A DNA stretch of 64,000 nucleotides from an uncultured Verrucomicrobiota bacterium. Lineage in GTDB: Bacteria; Verrucomicrobiota; Verrucomicrobiia; Limisphaerales; UBA8199. The translations under genes were made by a program, and so were the position numbers. The stretch's first letter is position 1. Every line of letters starts with the position of its first letter. The stretch spans positions 20,386 through 84,385 of the forward strand of contig CAIQQM010000291.1 in the NCBI GenBank assembly GCA_903873945.1, in the 5' to 3' direction. The notes below the pieces were generated by a model. The model saw only the letters and a list, made by a program, of their open reading frames with translations. It was not told the origin of the DNA and made no database searches. Shown one piece after another: positions 20,242-29,309 of this stretch.

Positions 20242-20274
20242 TTGGGGTGGTGAGGAGTTGTTTGAGGGAAGGCT

Positions 20275-21421
20275 TTAATCATCCACATCTTTGACGCCTT
20301 GCATTCTCTTCGCCGGACGCCCGGCGCGCAACCAGCCATTCGCAAACTGGTCCAATTCGCCGTCCAAAACGGCTTGCACGTTGCTGGTTTCAATTCCAGT
20401 GCGAAGATCTTTTACCATGCGGTAGGGCTGGAGAACGTAACTGCGGATCTGGTTGCCCCAGGAGATGCTGCCTTTATCGCCGTAGAAGCGCTCCATCTCG
20501 GCCTTTTGTTCGTCCAAACGCTGGGCGTAGATTTTGGAGAGCAGCATTTTCATTGCGGTAGCCCGGTTCTGATGCTGAGAACGCTGGTTTTGCGAGGCGG
20601 CAATGATCCCGGTGGGGAGGTGCGTAATGCGCACGGCAGTTTCGACCTTGTTCACGTTTTGCCCACCCTTGCCGCCCGAGCGGTAGGTATCAACTTTGAG
20701 TGCAGCAGGCGGGATGACAATCTCGGAAGACGTTTCCTCGATTTCGGCGATGGCATCGACGCTGGCGAAGCTGGTGTGGCGGCGTTTGTTTGAGTCGAAT
20801 GGCGAGATGCGCACCAGGCGATGCACCCCACGCTCAGCCTTGCAATAGCCGTAGGCGAATTCGCCGGTAATAACCATGGTGGCACTCTTGATGCCGGCGG
20901 ATTCACCCGGGAGCGCGTCAGTCACATCCACCTGCCAACCGCGCGATTCGGCCCAGCGCTGGTACATCCGCAGGAGCATGTTCGCCCAGTCACAGGACTC
21001 GGTGCCGCCCGCGCCGGCGTTGATGCTCATGATGCAATTGGCACGGTCGTGAGGGCCATTGAGAAAAACTCCAAGCTCGAGCGAATCGAGTTCCTTGAAG
21101 TAACGGGAAATGTCACGTTCGAGTTCCTGCTGGATATTGAGCTGGGCCGTTTCCGGCTCCGCTTCGCCGAGCTCAACCATGACCCGGAAGTCTTCGAGTT
21201 GCTTCTCGGCCTTCAGCAGGGGTTCGATGCGGTTGCGGAGCGAATTAGCTTCGTCGATGAGCTTTTGTGCTTGCTCCCGGTTATTCCAGAAATGATCAGC
21301 CGCCATCAGGGCGTTGAGTTCGCCTAAACGTTTTTGAGCGCCGGGAACGTCAAAGAAACCTCCGCAAATGGACCAGTTTATCGGCCACGGTGGTCAGCTC
21401 GGCTGTGATATTATCAAACAT
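20275..21421 (-). CDS. prfB: peptide chain release factor 2 (two frames joined by programmed +1 frameshift)
   Basis: Frame 0 runs 21421-21353 ([23 protein letters not shown]) and ends at an in-frame TGA (21352-21350). The +1 frame runs 21351-20275 and carries SPF (RISPFDS) and GGQ ([11 protein letters not shown]). Confidence 0.9.
21349..21363 (-). promoter_or_regulatory. prfB autoregulatory +1 frameshift site (SD-like GGAGG, then CTT TGA C)
   Basis: The minus-strand sequence reads CGGAGGTTTCTTTGAC. GGAGG lies 3 nt upstream of the slippery CTT, followed by TGA in the weak context TGAC. Confidence 0.85.
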
Positions 21422-21642
21422 CGGGCGAATGTATGTCGGCCACCAGCGGGTTGCAAGTTGAAGGCATAACCATTGTTCATCGCGCGTCGAGCGCCGCAGC
21501 AGCCCTGGCAAGATTTGGGTCGCGCAGGAAGGCAGTATTTCGCAGGATTGAGGGGGCAGGAACGCGCCGCCTGCGCCGGATCAAACCGCCGCAAGCATAA
21601 TAGCAATATGAGCATGGCGCGCCCCAGCCAGCGCTCTCTTAT

Positions 21643-22398
21643 ATGGGGAACATATTCTTTCAACCAGGCGACGAACGCGCCGCAAAGGTGAAGGCTCTGT
21701 TTAGCGGCATCGCACCGCGATATGACCTAATCAACGACCTCCAAAGTTTCGGCCTGCACCGGCACTGGAAACGGCGTGTGATAGAACTAGCCCGCACGCA
21801 ACCCGGAGTTCGCGCGCTCGATGTCTGCTGCGGCACCGGCGATCTCGCGCTGGCCCTCGCGCGTCGTGGGGCAGAAGTGGCGGGGCTGGATTTCAGCGAA
21901 CAAATGCTGGCAATCGCGGAAAAACGGAAGTGCAAACGAAGAGTTTCCATGTCGGGAATTCATAGCCCGCGCTTTATCCACGGGGACGCGCAAAACATTC
22001 CCTTCGCCGACAATTCGTTCGAGATTGTGACAGTGGGATATGGGTTGCGGAACCTGGCGAATTGGGAGGCTGGGCTCAAAGAGCTACAGCGGGTCGCGAC
22101 ACCCGGCGGCAGGTTGCTGGCACTTGATTTCGGTAAGCCGGAGAATGCGCTTTGGCGGTGGCTGTACTTCAGCTATTTGAAACTGTTTGTGCCGTTGCTG
22201 GGCCGGATTTTCTGCGGCAATTTCGACGCATATGCGTATATCCTTGAATCCTTGAAACACTACCCCGAGCAAGGACGCATAGCTGTCAGGATGGGTGAAA
22301 TGGGCTTGACCAATGTGCGGATCGTCAATTTTCTCGGCGGTGTGATGGCGGTCGTTTATGGAGAAAAAGGGGAAGCGGGCAAAGGGAATAGTCCATAG
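21643..22398 (+). CDS. ubiE: demethylmenaquinone/ubiquinone C-methyltransferase
   Basis: FSGIAPRYDLINDLQSFGLHRHWKR and the SAM motif LDVCCGTGDLA give the UbiE/MenG signature. This is consistent with the futalosine-pathway enzyme elsewhere in the window. Confidence 0.85.
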   Translation: MGNIFFQPGDERAAKVKALFSGIAPRYDLINDLQSFGLHRHWKRRVIELARTQPGVRALDVCCGTGDLALALARRGAEVAGLDFSEQMLAIAEKRKCKRRVSMSGIHSPRFIHGDAQNIPFADNSFEIVTVGYGLRNLANWEAGLKELQRVATPGGRLLALDFGKPENALWRWLYFSYLKLFVPLLGRIFCGNFDAYAYILESLKHYPEQGRIAVRMGEMGLTNVRIVNFLGGVMAVVYGEKGEAGKGNSP

Positions 22399-22439
22399 TC
22401 TGTTTCACGTTTCAAAAGCCCGGCATTCCAGATCTTCCC

Positions 22440-22961
22440 TTGCTAAAGCGGAAAATTTTTGGCCAGAATGCGGGTGTGAATTTTCGAGAAAAAATCATTT
22501 CCTGGGAGAAATTGCCGGAGTGGCGGGCTGCTGTGCGCAGGCAAGGCAAACGATTGGTTGTTACGAATGGTTGCTTTGATCTTCTGCACGTTGGTCATGT
22601 GACTTACCTGGAGGCGGCACGCAACCAGGGTGACAGTTTACTGGTTGGTTTGAATGGGGACGAATCTGTGGGGGAGTTGAAAGGGCCGGACCGCCCCTTA
22701 AACGGACAAAATGACCGGGCAGCCGTGCTCGCCGCGCTGGAAAGTGTGGATGGTGTTTGCATCTTCCCCGAGCGAATGGCAACACACTTCCTGACCGCCG
22801 CGCAACCGGACGTTTACGTAAAGGGCGGAGATTACACGCTGGAGACGCTCAACCAGGAAGAACGCAGGGCCGTCGAGCAAGCAGGCGGGAAAATTGTGAT
22901 CATTCGGCTCGTGCCAGGAAAATCCACAACCGCGCTGTTGAAAAAGATCGCCCAATTATAA
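22440..22961 (+). CDS. hldC: stand-alone D-beta-D-heptose 1-phosphate adenylyltransferase (RfaE domain II type)
   Basis: VVTNGCFDLLHVGHVTYLEAAR (HxGH), LLVGLNGDESV, YVKGGDY. TTG start. Immediately upstream of a GT9 gene. Confidence 0.8.
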   Translation: MLKRKIFGQNAGVNFREKIISWEKLPEWRAAVRRQGKRLVVTNGCFDLLHVGHVTYLEAARNQGDSLLVGLNGDESVGELKGPDRPLNGQNDRAAVLAALESVDGVCIFPERMATHFLTAAQPDVYVKGGDYTLETLNQEERRAVEQAGGKIVIIRLVPGKSTTALLKKIAQL

Positions 22962-23026
22962 GCCGGCCCTCAAGGCCAAAAAATGCGACATTAAAGCTCC
23001 ACATCGCAGGGTCTGAGCCATTCGTG

Positions 23027-24115
23027 ATGAAAGTTTTGATAATTTCTTTGGCGGGCATTGGCGATACACTGTTCACAACCCCGCTCATCAGCGAACTACG
23101 CGCCAACTTTCCGAATGCTACGATTGACGCCCTTGTGCTCTGGGGCGGCGCGAAGGATGTGCTGCTGGGAAATCCAAATCTTAACGAGATCTTCCAAAAA
23201 AACCTCATCAAAGAAAACAAGGTTTCCTCCCTCAGGTTCCTACGAACTTTGCGGAAACGAAGGTACGACGTTTCCTTTAACACGCACCCGCAAAGCAGGG
23301 TTCATTATCGGATTGTGGCGCGCCTGATCAACGCCGGCCTGCGCGTGAGCCACGAGTACGACAATGCGACGCCGTTTGACCGCCTATTGGTCAACCGGGT
23401 GCTCAAGCAAGACTACGGAAAGCACGCCATCGAAAACAACCTGGGGTTTCTGGAGTTGATCGGCGCCCGGCTGCTGCTGCCGCGGCACGATTACGAGGTC
23501 TTTCTGACTGCGGTTGACCGGCAATGGGCTGGGGACTTTGTCGCCCGCCAAAACTGGTCCGGGCGGAAGCTTCTGGGCATCCATGTTGGCTCAGGCGGCA
23601 CAAAGAACCTGTCCCTCAGACGCTGGCCACTGGAGCATTATCTTGGGTTATTTGAAAAACTGCGCCGGAACCATCCGGAAGCGGCAGTGTTGCTTTTTGG
23701 CGGGCCGGAGGAACAGGGAGACCACGAACTGATTCTGGCGCAAACCAGTCGCGACCAAGTATGGGCTGCCGAAACCGGCAACCTTCGCCAGGTTGCCGCC
23801 TTGCTCAAACGCTGCGACGCGTTTCTTAGCGTCGATACCACGTTGATGCACTTGGCAACGGCGATGAAAGTCCCGAGGCAAATCGTGATTGAAACCCCAA
23901 CCTGGAACAAGCCGATCGAGCCATATAACAACCCGTTCGTTTTGGTCAAGAACCCGGCTGTTGGCGGACGAAACCTGGAATATTACCGCTACGACGGCCG
24001 TGGCATCCGGGGAACAAAGGAAGAGCTGCTTCGCTGCATGGCCTCAGTGACCATCGAAGCGGTGTACCAAGAGGTGGAGAAGGCCTTGGCCGGGAACCCT
24101 GGAAGCCGGGACTGA
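23027..24115 (+). CDS. glycosyltransferase family 9 (heptosyltransferase-like)
   Basis: MKVLIISLAGIGDTLFTTPLI... and VDTTLMHLATAMKVP. The 90 upstream codons of the 452-aa ORF overlap hldC and were discarded. Confidence 0.85.
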   Translation: MKVLIISLAGIGDTLFTTPLISELRANFPNATIDALVLWGGAKDVLLGNPNLNEIFQKNLIKENKVSSLRFLRTLRKRRYDVSFNTHPQSRVHYRIVARLINAGLRVSHEYDNATPFDRLLVNRVLKQDYGKHAIENNLGFLELIGARLLLPRHDYEVFLTAVDRQWAGDFVARQNWSGRKLLGIHVGSGGTKNLSLRRWPLEHYLGLFEKLRRNHPEAAVLLFGGPEEQGDHELILAQTSRDQVWAAETGNLRQVAALLKRCDAFLSVDTTLMHLATAMKVPRQIVIETPTWNKPIEPYNNPFVLVKNPAVGGRNLEYYRYDGRGIRGTKEELLRCMASVTIEAVYQEVEKALAGNPGSRD

Positions 24116-24150
24116 ACCGTTTGTTAACAATTCGGGATTCAACAATACAT

Positions 24151-25350
24151 ATGATTAATGACTTTATCATCGTTGGCGGAGGCATCGTTGGGCTCGCGAC
24201 CGCCTGGCGGCTGCAACAAGCCCAGCCGGGCTGTAAGTTGCTGCTGTTGGAGAAAGAACAGGACCTGGGGCTCCATCAGACGGGCCATAACAGCGGCGTG
24301 CTCCATTCCGGTCTTTACTACAAGCCCGGATCCAGCAAGGCGACGCTGGCAGTGCAAGGACTCCAGCAGATGATCGCTTTTTGCCGGGAGCATGGAATTC
24401 CGCACGATCAATGCGGAAAGATTGTCGTCGCCACGTCTCCCGAGGAACTCCCCAGGCTAGAGAATCTTTGGCAGCGGGGCAATGCCAATGGGTTGAAGGG
24501 ATTGCGCAAACTTTCAGCCGCGGAGATCAAAGAAATCGAACCCCACGCCGCCGGAATCGCGGCCATTCATGTGCCGCAGGAAGGGATCGTTGATTACCCG
24601 GCGGTCACCCGAAAGCTAGGCGAGTTGATCCGACAAGCCGGCGGAGAGGTGCGGCAAGGGGCACGCGTCACCCAACTGGCGCCGCGGGACAAGGAATGGC
24701 TGGTTCGAAGCTCGGCGGGGGATTTCAGTGCGCGTTTTGTTATCACCTGCGCCGGTTTACATGCGGACCGATTAGTTCGGGCCTCAGGTGGCCGGCCCTC
24801 GGCCAAGATCGTTCCCTTCCGTGGGGAGTATTACAAAATCCGCAATGAGCGGCAGTTCCTGGTCCGCAACCTCATTTACCCGATTCCAGACCCGAAGTTC
24901 CCCTTCCTTGGCGTGCACTTCACCCGGTTGATTCATGGGGGAATTGAAGCCGGCCCCAATGCAGTGCTGGCGTTTGCGCGCGAGGGATATCGCTGGACCC
25001 AAATCAATCTGCGCGACCTGACAGAAGCTGTCTTGTTCCCCGGTCTGTGGCGGTTTCTGGCGGCCTACCCGAGCATGTGCGGCTATGAAATCCGCCGTTC
25101 CCTATTCAAAGGCGAGTTTACGCGGTCGCTGCAAAAGTTGGTGCCGGAAATTCGAGTCGAAGACCTTGAAACCGGCGGTTCGGGCGTCCGGGCGCAGGCG
25201 ATGCTGCCGGAAGGCAAACTGGTTGAGGATTTCCATTTCGAAGAGGGTCCCGGCATCCTGCACGTGCTGAACGCCCCGTCGCCAGCAGCTACAGCCGCGC
25301 TGGCGATTGGCCAGCATATCGCTGAGAAAGTGTCTGGCAAGTTGCGCTAA
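24151..25350 (+). CDS. lhgO: FAD-dependent L-2-hydroxyglutarate oxidase/dehydrogenase-like
   Basis: The dinucleotide fold DFIIVGGGIVGLATA, plus HQTGHNSGVLHSGLYYKPGS and the C-terminal VLNAPSPAATAALAIG, are typical of LhgO/YgaF. Confidence 0.75.
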   Translation: MINDFIIVGGGIVGLATAWRLQQAQPGCKLLLLEKEQDLGLHQTGHNSGVLHSGLYYKPGSSKATLAVQGLQQMIAFCREHGIPHDQCGKIVVATSPEELPRLENLWQRGNANGLKGLRKLSAAEIKEIEPHAAGIAAIHVPQEGIVDYPAVTRKLGELIRQAGGEVRQGARVTQLAPRDKEWLVRSSAGDFSARFVITCAGLHADRLVRASGGRPSAKIVPFRGEYYKIRNERQFLVRNLIYPIPDPKFPFLGVHFTRLIHGGIEAGPNAVLAFAREGYRWTQINLRDLTEAVLFPGLWRFLAAYPSMCGYEIRRSLFKGEFTRSLQKLVPEIRVEDLETGGSGVRAQAMLPEGKLVEDFHFEEGPGILHVLNAPSPAATAALAIGQHIAEKVSGKLR

Positions 25351-25406
25351 GCTACGTAAGGCGAGGTTGTCCTATTCGGGCTTGCGGAAATCGCCGACCG
25401 AGGCTT

Positions 25407-25979
25407 CTACTTTCGGACTAGCTCCGGATGCTCCATGAAGGCGTAGCAGAGCATATGACAGATGCCCATTTGGGCATCTTCCACGCGGCCATAGTGGGTG
25501 TCGTTGATCATCAGGACACATTCGGCAATTTCGGCCATCCGACCCCGCTTGGCACCCACCAAGGCCACGGTCTGCAATCCGTGGTCTTTGGCCCAGCCCA
25601 GGGCTTTGACGCAGTTGGGGGAGTTGCCGCTCACGCTGATGCCCAGGGCGATGTCGCCCGGTTTTCCGTAGTTTTGCAACTGCCCGACAAACACCTCCTC
25701 ATACGAATAGTCATTGGCCAGAGCCGTCATCCAGCTCACATTGTCGTTCAAAGAAAGCACACGGAACCGTTTACCGACCTTATCAGAGGCACCCTTGCCG
25801 AGGTCCGTAGCAAAGTGAGAAGCATTGGCAGCGCTGCCGCCGTTGCCAAAAACGAAAATCTGGCTGCCCGCGTGAAGAGCGGCGCGCAGTTTCTCAATAA
25901 GTTCGGCCACCGCTTCCACGGGAATCGAGTCATGAGCGGCTTTTTGAGTTCGGATGTAGTCAGAGATCCAGTGCTTCAT
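25407..25979 (-). CDS. gmhA: SIS-domain sedoheptulose-7-phosphate isomerase-like protein
   Basis: IFVFGNGGSAANASHFATDL and ISVSGNSPN match GmhA-type SIS domains. Last gene of the long minus-strand glycan operon. Confidence 0.8.
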   Translation of the reverse strand: MKHWISDYIRTQKAAHDSIPVEAVAELIEKLRAALHAGSQIFVFGNGGSAANASHFATDLGKGASDKVGKRFRVLSLNDNVSWMTALANDYSYEEVFVGQLQNYGKPGDIALGISVSGNSPNCVKALGWAKDHGLQTVALVGAKRGRMAEIAECVLMINDTHYGRVEDAQMGICHMLCYAFMEHPELVRK

Positions 25980-26072
25980 GTAACGGAAGATGGCCCGATC
26001 TACCGGATTTGTCAGGCAATTTCCTTCCCGGCGGTCATTTAACCCCAGCGCAGCAGAGTTTCTCGGAACTGC

Positions 26073-27026
26073 CTACTGATTGTAAAGGAGGCGGAGGGCC
26101 AACTGAGCCAGGGGCCGGGGCAGGAGCTTTTTCGCCACTAATTCCCCGCTGCGGCGACAACACCGCGAGACCAGGAGCGGGGTTAAGAACTGCCGATATT
26201 CGCGCCGACTCATGATGAGACGAAGCACAGGGACACCGAACAACCCGAGTACGGCGCTGTCACGGATGCGAGGGGCGATGTCCGAACAAGCGGGCGAAGA
26301 AAGCTTGTCGAGCAGGTGGGTCAGCACCTGAAAGTGCTCTCCAGTCTTGCGCCCTCGATTGTAGAAGGATGTGGAATAGAGATAAAAATCCGACAATGGT
26401 TCCGGAATGTAGCAGACGCCGTAGCGCAAAGCGGGGACAAAAGCGGCAAACCAGTCGGCATGCCAGCGGAGTTCAGGATGAAAGCGGCCCGCTTCGAGCA
26501 AGGGTTGCCGCTTAAAAACCGCGCTGGCGGTGACAATTAATAGCTTGCCCCGCCGACCTAACCGGACCAATTCCTGCGGGGAAAGGTAGCAGGGTTTCTC
26601 GGCCATGCCCGCGGCCATAAACCACCTCAAGCCGGAGGCCGCATCGTGCCATTCGCTCACCGAACAACTCATCGCCGCCTGAGGATACCGAGCCAGCAAA
26701 GTGAGCGATTTTTCAAACAAACCCGGCTGCACCTCGTCATCTGCCGAGCCAATATATACGTAATCACCACAAGACAATTCCAAGCCCTTGTTAAGATTGG
26801 GCATGACGCCAAGGTTTTTCTCGTTTTGGATAAGCCGGACGAGCGGGTTCTGCGCGGCAATCCGCTTGATGATTTCCACACTGTCGTCGGTTGAAGCATC
26901 ATCCAAAACTAACACTTCTATTGGCCGCAGCGATTGTTTGATAATGGCGGAAAGGGAGGTGTCGAGGTATTTGCCGTGATTGTAGTTGGGGACTACAACC
27001 GAAAGCGCCGGGAGTGAAGAAGACAT
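26073..27026 (-). CDS. glycosyltransferase family 2
   Basis: LSVVVPNYNHGKYL...VLVLDDASTDDS...GSADDEV gives the GT-A DxD architecture. Confidence 0.85.
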   Translation of the reverse strand: MSSSLPALSVVVPNYNHGKYLDTSLSAIIKQSLRPIEVLVLDDASTDDSVEIIKRIAAQNPLVRLIQNEKNLGVMPNLNKGLELSCGDYVYIGSADDEVQPGLFEKSLTLLARYPQAAMSCSVSEWHDAASGLRWFMAAGMAEKPCYLSPQELVRLGRRGKLLIVTASAVFKRQPLLEAGRFHPELRWHADWFAAFVPALRYGVCYIPEPLSDFYLYSTSFYNRGRKTGEHFQVLTHLLDKLSSPACSDIAPRIRDSAVLGLFGVPVLRLIMSRREYRQFLTPLLVSRCCRRSGELVAKKLLPRPLAQLALRLLYNQ

Positions 27027-27084
27027 GTAAGGCTCGCGAACTTAGGTTTCGGGTTAGTGCAGCAAATGAGAGCAGGGGAGAGCC

Positions 27085-28209
27085 TCACACAAACGCCAAA
27101 TGCTCCGGCTCCTTTCCCTGAGGGCGTTGGAGTTCGAGTTTTTCTTTGACCAAATTGTCGAGGGTTTCATTGACACGGTGCTGCAGGCAGAGACTGCCGC
27201 ACATTTTCTGCGCATTAAACTCGGGGCTGGCCAGATAATTTATCACTTCCCAGTACCGGTCACTCTGCCAGATGTCCTTGAAACTTTGCTCGCAGATGTT
27301 CCCGATATGGAACTTCTTGTATTTTTCGTTGAACAACATGCCGCAGGGAGCCACCAGGCCCGAGCCGGAAATCTGTAGCAAAAATGGCGCGCCATAGCAG
27401 CGCTGGTAAGAGCGCGTGCCCTGGGCCTGGATTTTGCTCCACTTGACGGTGCATTGGTAGCTGGAATCGGAATAGGACTCCGCTTCGTGCAAGAGATCGC
27501 TGAGCCGCGAATAGCCGCGGTAATCCACGCCTAGGTCGCCGTTTTCGTTATCGCTGCAATGTTTGATCGCGAGGTAATCGACCCGGAGCTCTTTGCCCAG
27601 CCGCGCCAGGGGGATAATCTGATCGGCGTACTGCGGCATGAGCACCATTTGGAGACCGATCGTGACGCCGAGACGGTCGCGCCGCTTGATCTCGGTCATG
27701 TGCCGGATGTTTTCGATCACCCGATGGAAATATTCCTCCTTCACACCCATGATTTCGGCATAACGCTTGGGTTCGCCAGCGGAAATATTGACGCGCAGAT
27801 AGGTCAAGTGAGGAAGCACTTCCTCCGATTTGCTGCGCGTCAAGACATAAGCGTTGGTGCCACAGGCTATCGAGAGCCCCAGGGCGGATCCCTGCTGGCA
27901 CGACTGCACAAACACAGGCGAAATGGTGCTTTCGCCATCAGAGACAAAGCTGACACCCTTGACGCCGATTTCGGCACAGTCATTCAGAAAGCGGGAGATG
28001 ACCTGTTTATCGATGAAGCTCCGGTCATTCTCCTGGAGCATGGCATAACAATAATGGCATCCGAAATTGCAAGCCCGGGTCAGGGCCATGTCGATGGTAA
28101 TCGGAGCGATGCGCTCGCCGCGCTCCCAGGCGCGCACCCGGTCCTCGTGCCAGGCAATCTTGGTGCCGTCGAGGATCAGCTTCTCCACATGTTCAGTCAT
28201 TCCACTCAT
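27085..28209 (-). CDS. radical SAM enzyme with C-terminal SPASM/twitch-like Cys-rich domain
   Basis: CX3CX2C in ALTRACNFGCHYCYA. C-terminal cysteines lie in QRCYGAP, VAPCGMLF, GNICEQSFKDIW and KMCGSLC. The ATG at 28209 shares its A with the upstream TGA (TGATG). Confidence 0.85.
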   Translation of the reverse strand: MSGMTEHVEKLILDGTKIAWHEDRVRAWERGERIAPITIDMALTRACNFGCHYCYAMLQENDRSFIDKQVISRFLNDCAEIGVKGVSFVSDGESTISPVFVQSCQQGSALGLSIACGTNAYVLTRSKSEEVLPHLTYLRVNISAGEPKRYAEIMGVKEEYFHRVIENIRHMTEIKRRDRLGVTIGLQMVLMPQYADQIIPLARLGKELRVDYLAIKHCSDNENGDLGVDYRGYSRLSDLLHEAESYSDSSYQCTVKWSKIQAQGTRSYQRCYGAPFLLQISGSGLVAPCGMLFNEKYKKFHIGNICEQSFKDIWQSDRYWEVINYLASPEFNAQKMCGSLCLQHRVNETLDNLVKEKLELQRPQGKEPEHLAFV

Positions 28210-29291
28210 CAATTTACTTTCTCGATCTGGCGTCGAAGCTTGCTGAGGTCTTTCTTTTCCTCGCAGAACACTTCGAGCCGGGGATCGCAATGTTCCCGCA
28301 CGAGTCTTTCCAGCGCCAGCGCCAGGCTGCGCTTGGCGGAGATCGGGAGCTGGTCGCCGAACCGAACGGTGACGGCATAGGCATGGTTGCAGTCAACCAC
28401 CTGCACCTCGCCATTCTTGAGCCCAAGCACCGCGCCATGAGCGGCCAAAGCCGCGGTGACGCGCGCTTCCCGTTGGGCGGGGGACAAAGCGGCCCAGGCG
28501 GCGCGGGGGCCCGGGTCGAAAAAGTTTGCCGCCGGGCGGTAGCCAGTGGAAGTCAGATAATCGTTGAAGAGCCGGTTCGCCAACGAGGAGGGAAGCCGAA
28601 ATAGCGGGTCAGCGTTCTGGGGAAGCACGATCCCCGCGATGGGATGGCGCTGGCGCGGGTCACGCAGCGAGAATTCCAGGCGGATGATCGCATGATCTCT
28701 GGCCTCAAGCACGGGCAACCCAACCAGAATCTCACAGAAGGCGTCGAGCGCCGCCAGCATGGGGCCGCGGGCAGTCCCGTCAAAGACAGCGTCGGTGATC
28801 ACATGAGCATCGGTTTGCACCGCCCACGCCAGGGTGCAATGCTCCTCAGTGGCGCGGAGAGGAATTTGATTCTCCCGCACACGCAACTCGCGCTTAAAGC
28901 GCAGATTGGCGAAGCGCGCCCGGAGACGTTGCTGGTAAATGGGCCGCACCGAACGGAACGAGGCGGTTTCCTGCAGGTGAGCGATGGTGAAAACCACCGC
29001 GCCCGGTTCCGCCCGACAACCAACCTCACCCAGGCTGGCCAGTTTCTCCTTGAGCAAGGCAGCGGCTTGGTGCTCGATGATTTTGTTGGCTACCCGCACC
29101 GAGATGGAATCGCTGCCACAAAGCTGGGCGGCTTCGACCAGGTTGCTGAGACTCCGCACCGGGTCGTCATCCGGAACCCAGGTATCCAGCATTTCTTCAG
29201 CCGGCCGGAAGCCCCGGAGGGTGACGTCGAGATTCGTGTTGTACGCCTCAACGAGCTTGTCGTAATCGAAAATCTTTTCGGTTGTCGTCAT
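28209..29291 (-). CDS. hypothetical protein (360 aa), no family recognised; translationally coupled to the radical SAM gene
   Basis: Uninterrupted ORF embedded in the operon, 18 nt after the preceding gene, with its stop overlapping the next start. No motif I can assign. Confidence 0.6.
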   Translation of the reverse strand: MTTTEKIFDYDKLVEAYNTNLDVTLRGFRPAEEMLDTWVPDDDPVRSLSNLVEAAQLCGSDSISVRVANKIIEHQAAALLKEKLASLGEVGCRAEPGAVVFTIAHLQETASFRSVRPIYQQRLRARFANLRFKRELRVRENQIPLRATEEHCTLAWAVQTDAHVITDAVFDGTARGPMLAALDAFCEILVGLPVLEARDHAIIRLEFSLRDPRQRHPIAGIVLPQNADPLFRLPSSLANRLFNDYLTSTGYRPAANFFDPGPRAAWAALSPAQREARVTAALAAHGAVLGLKNGEVQVVDCNHAYAVTVRFGDQLPISAKRSLALALERLVREHCDPRLEVFCEEKKDLSKLRRQIEKVN

Positions 29292-29309
29292 TCGGTTCCA
29301 GCAATTTAG

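Noticed and set aside
21394-21663. 89-aa minus-strand ORF between prfB and ubiE, with a hydrophobic N-terminus and a Cys-rich tail (CPLNPAKYCLPARPKSCQGCCG). It could be a small secreted peptide.
   Set aside because: It overlaps both the prfB leader (21421) and the ubiE start. Third-position GC bias is only moderate, and I recognise no motif. The evidence is too weak to call a gene, though proteomics or Ribo-seq could revisit it.
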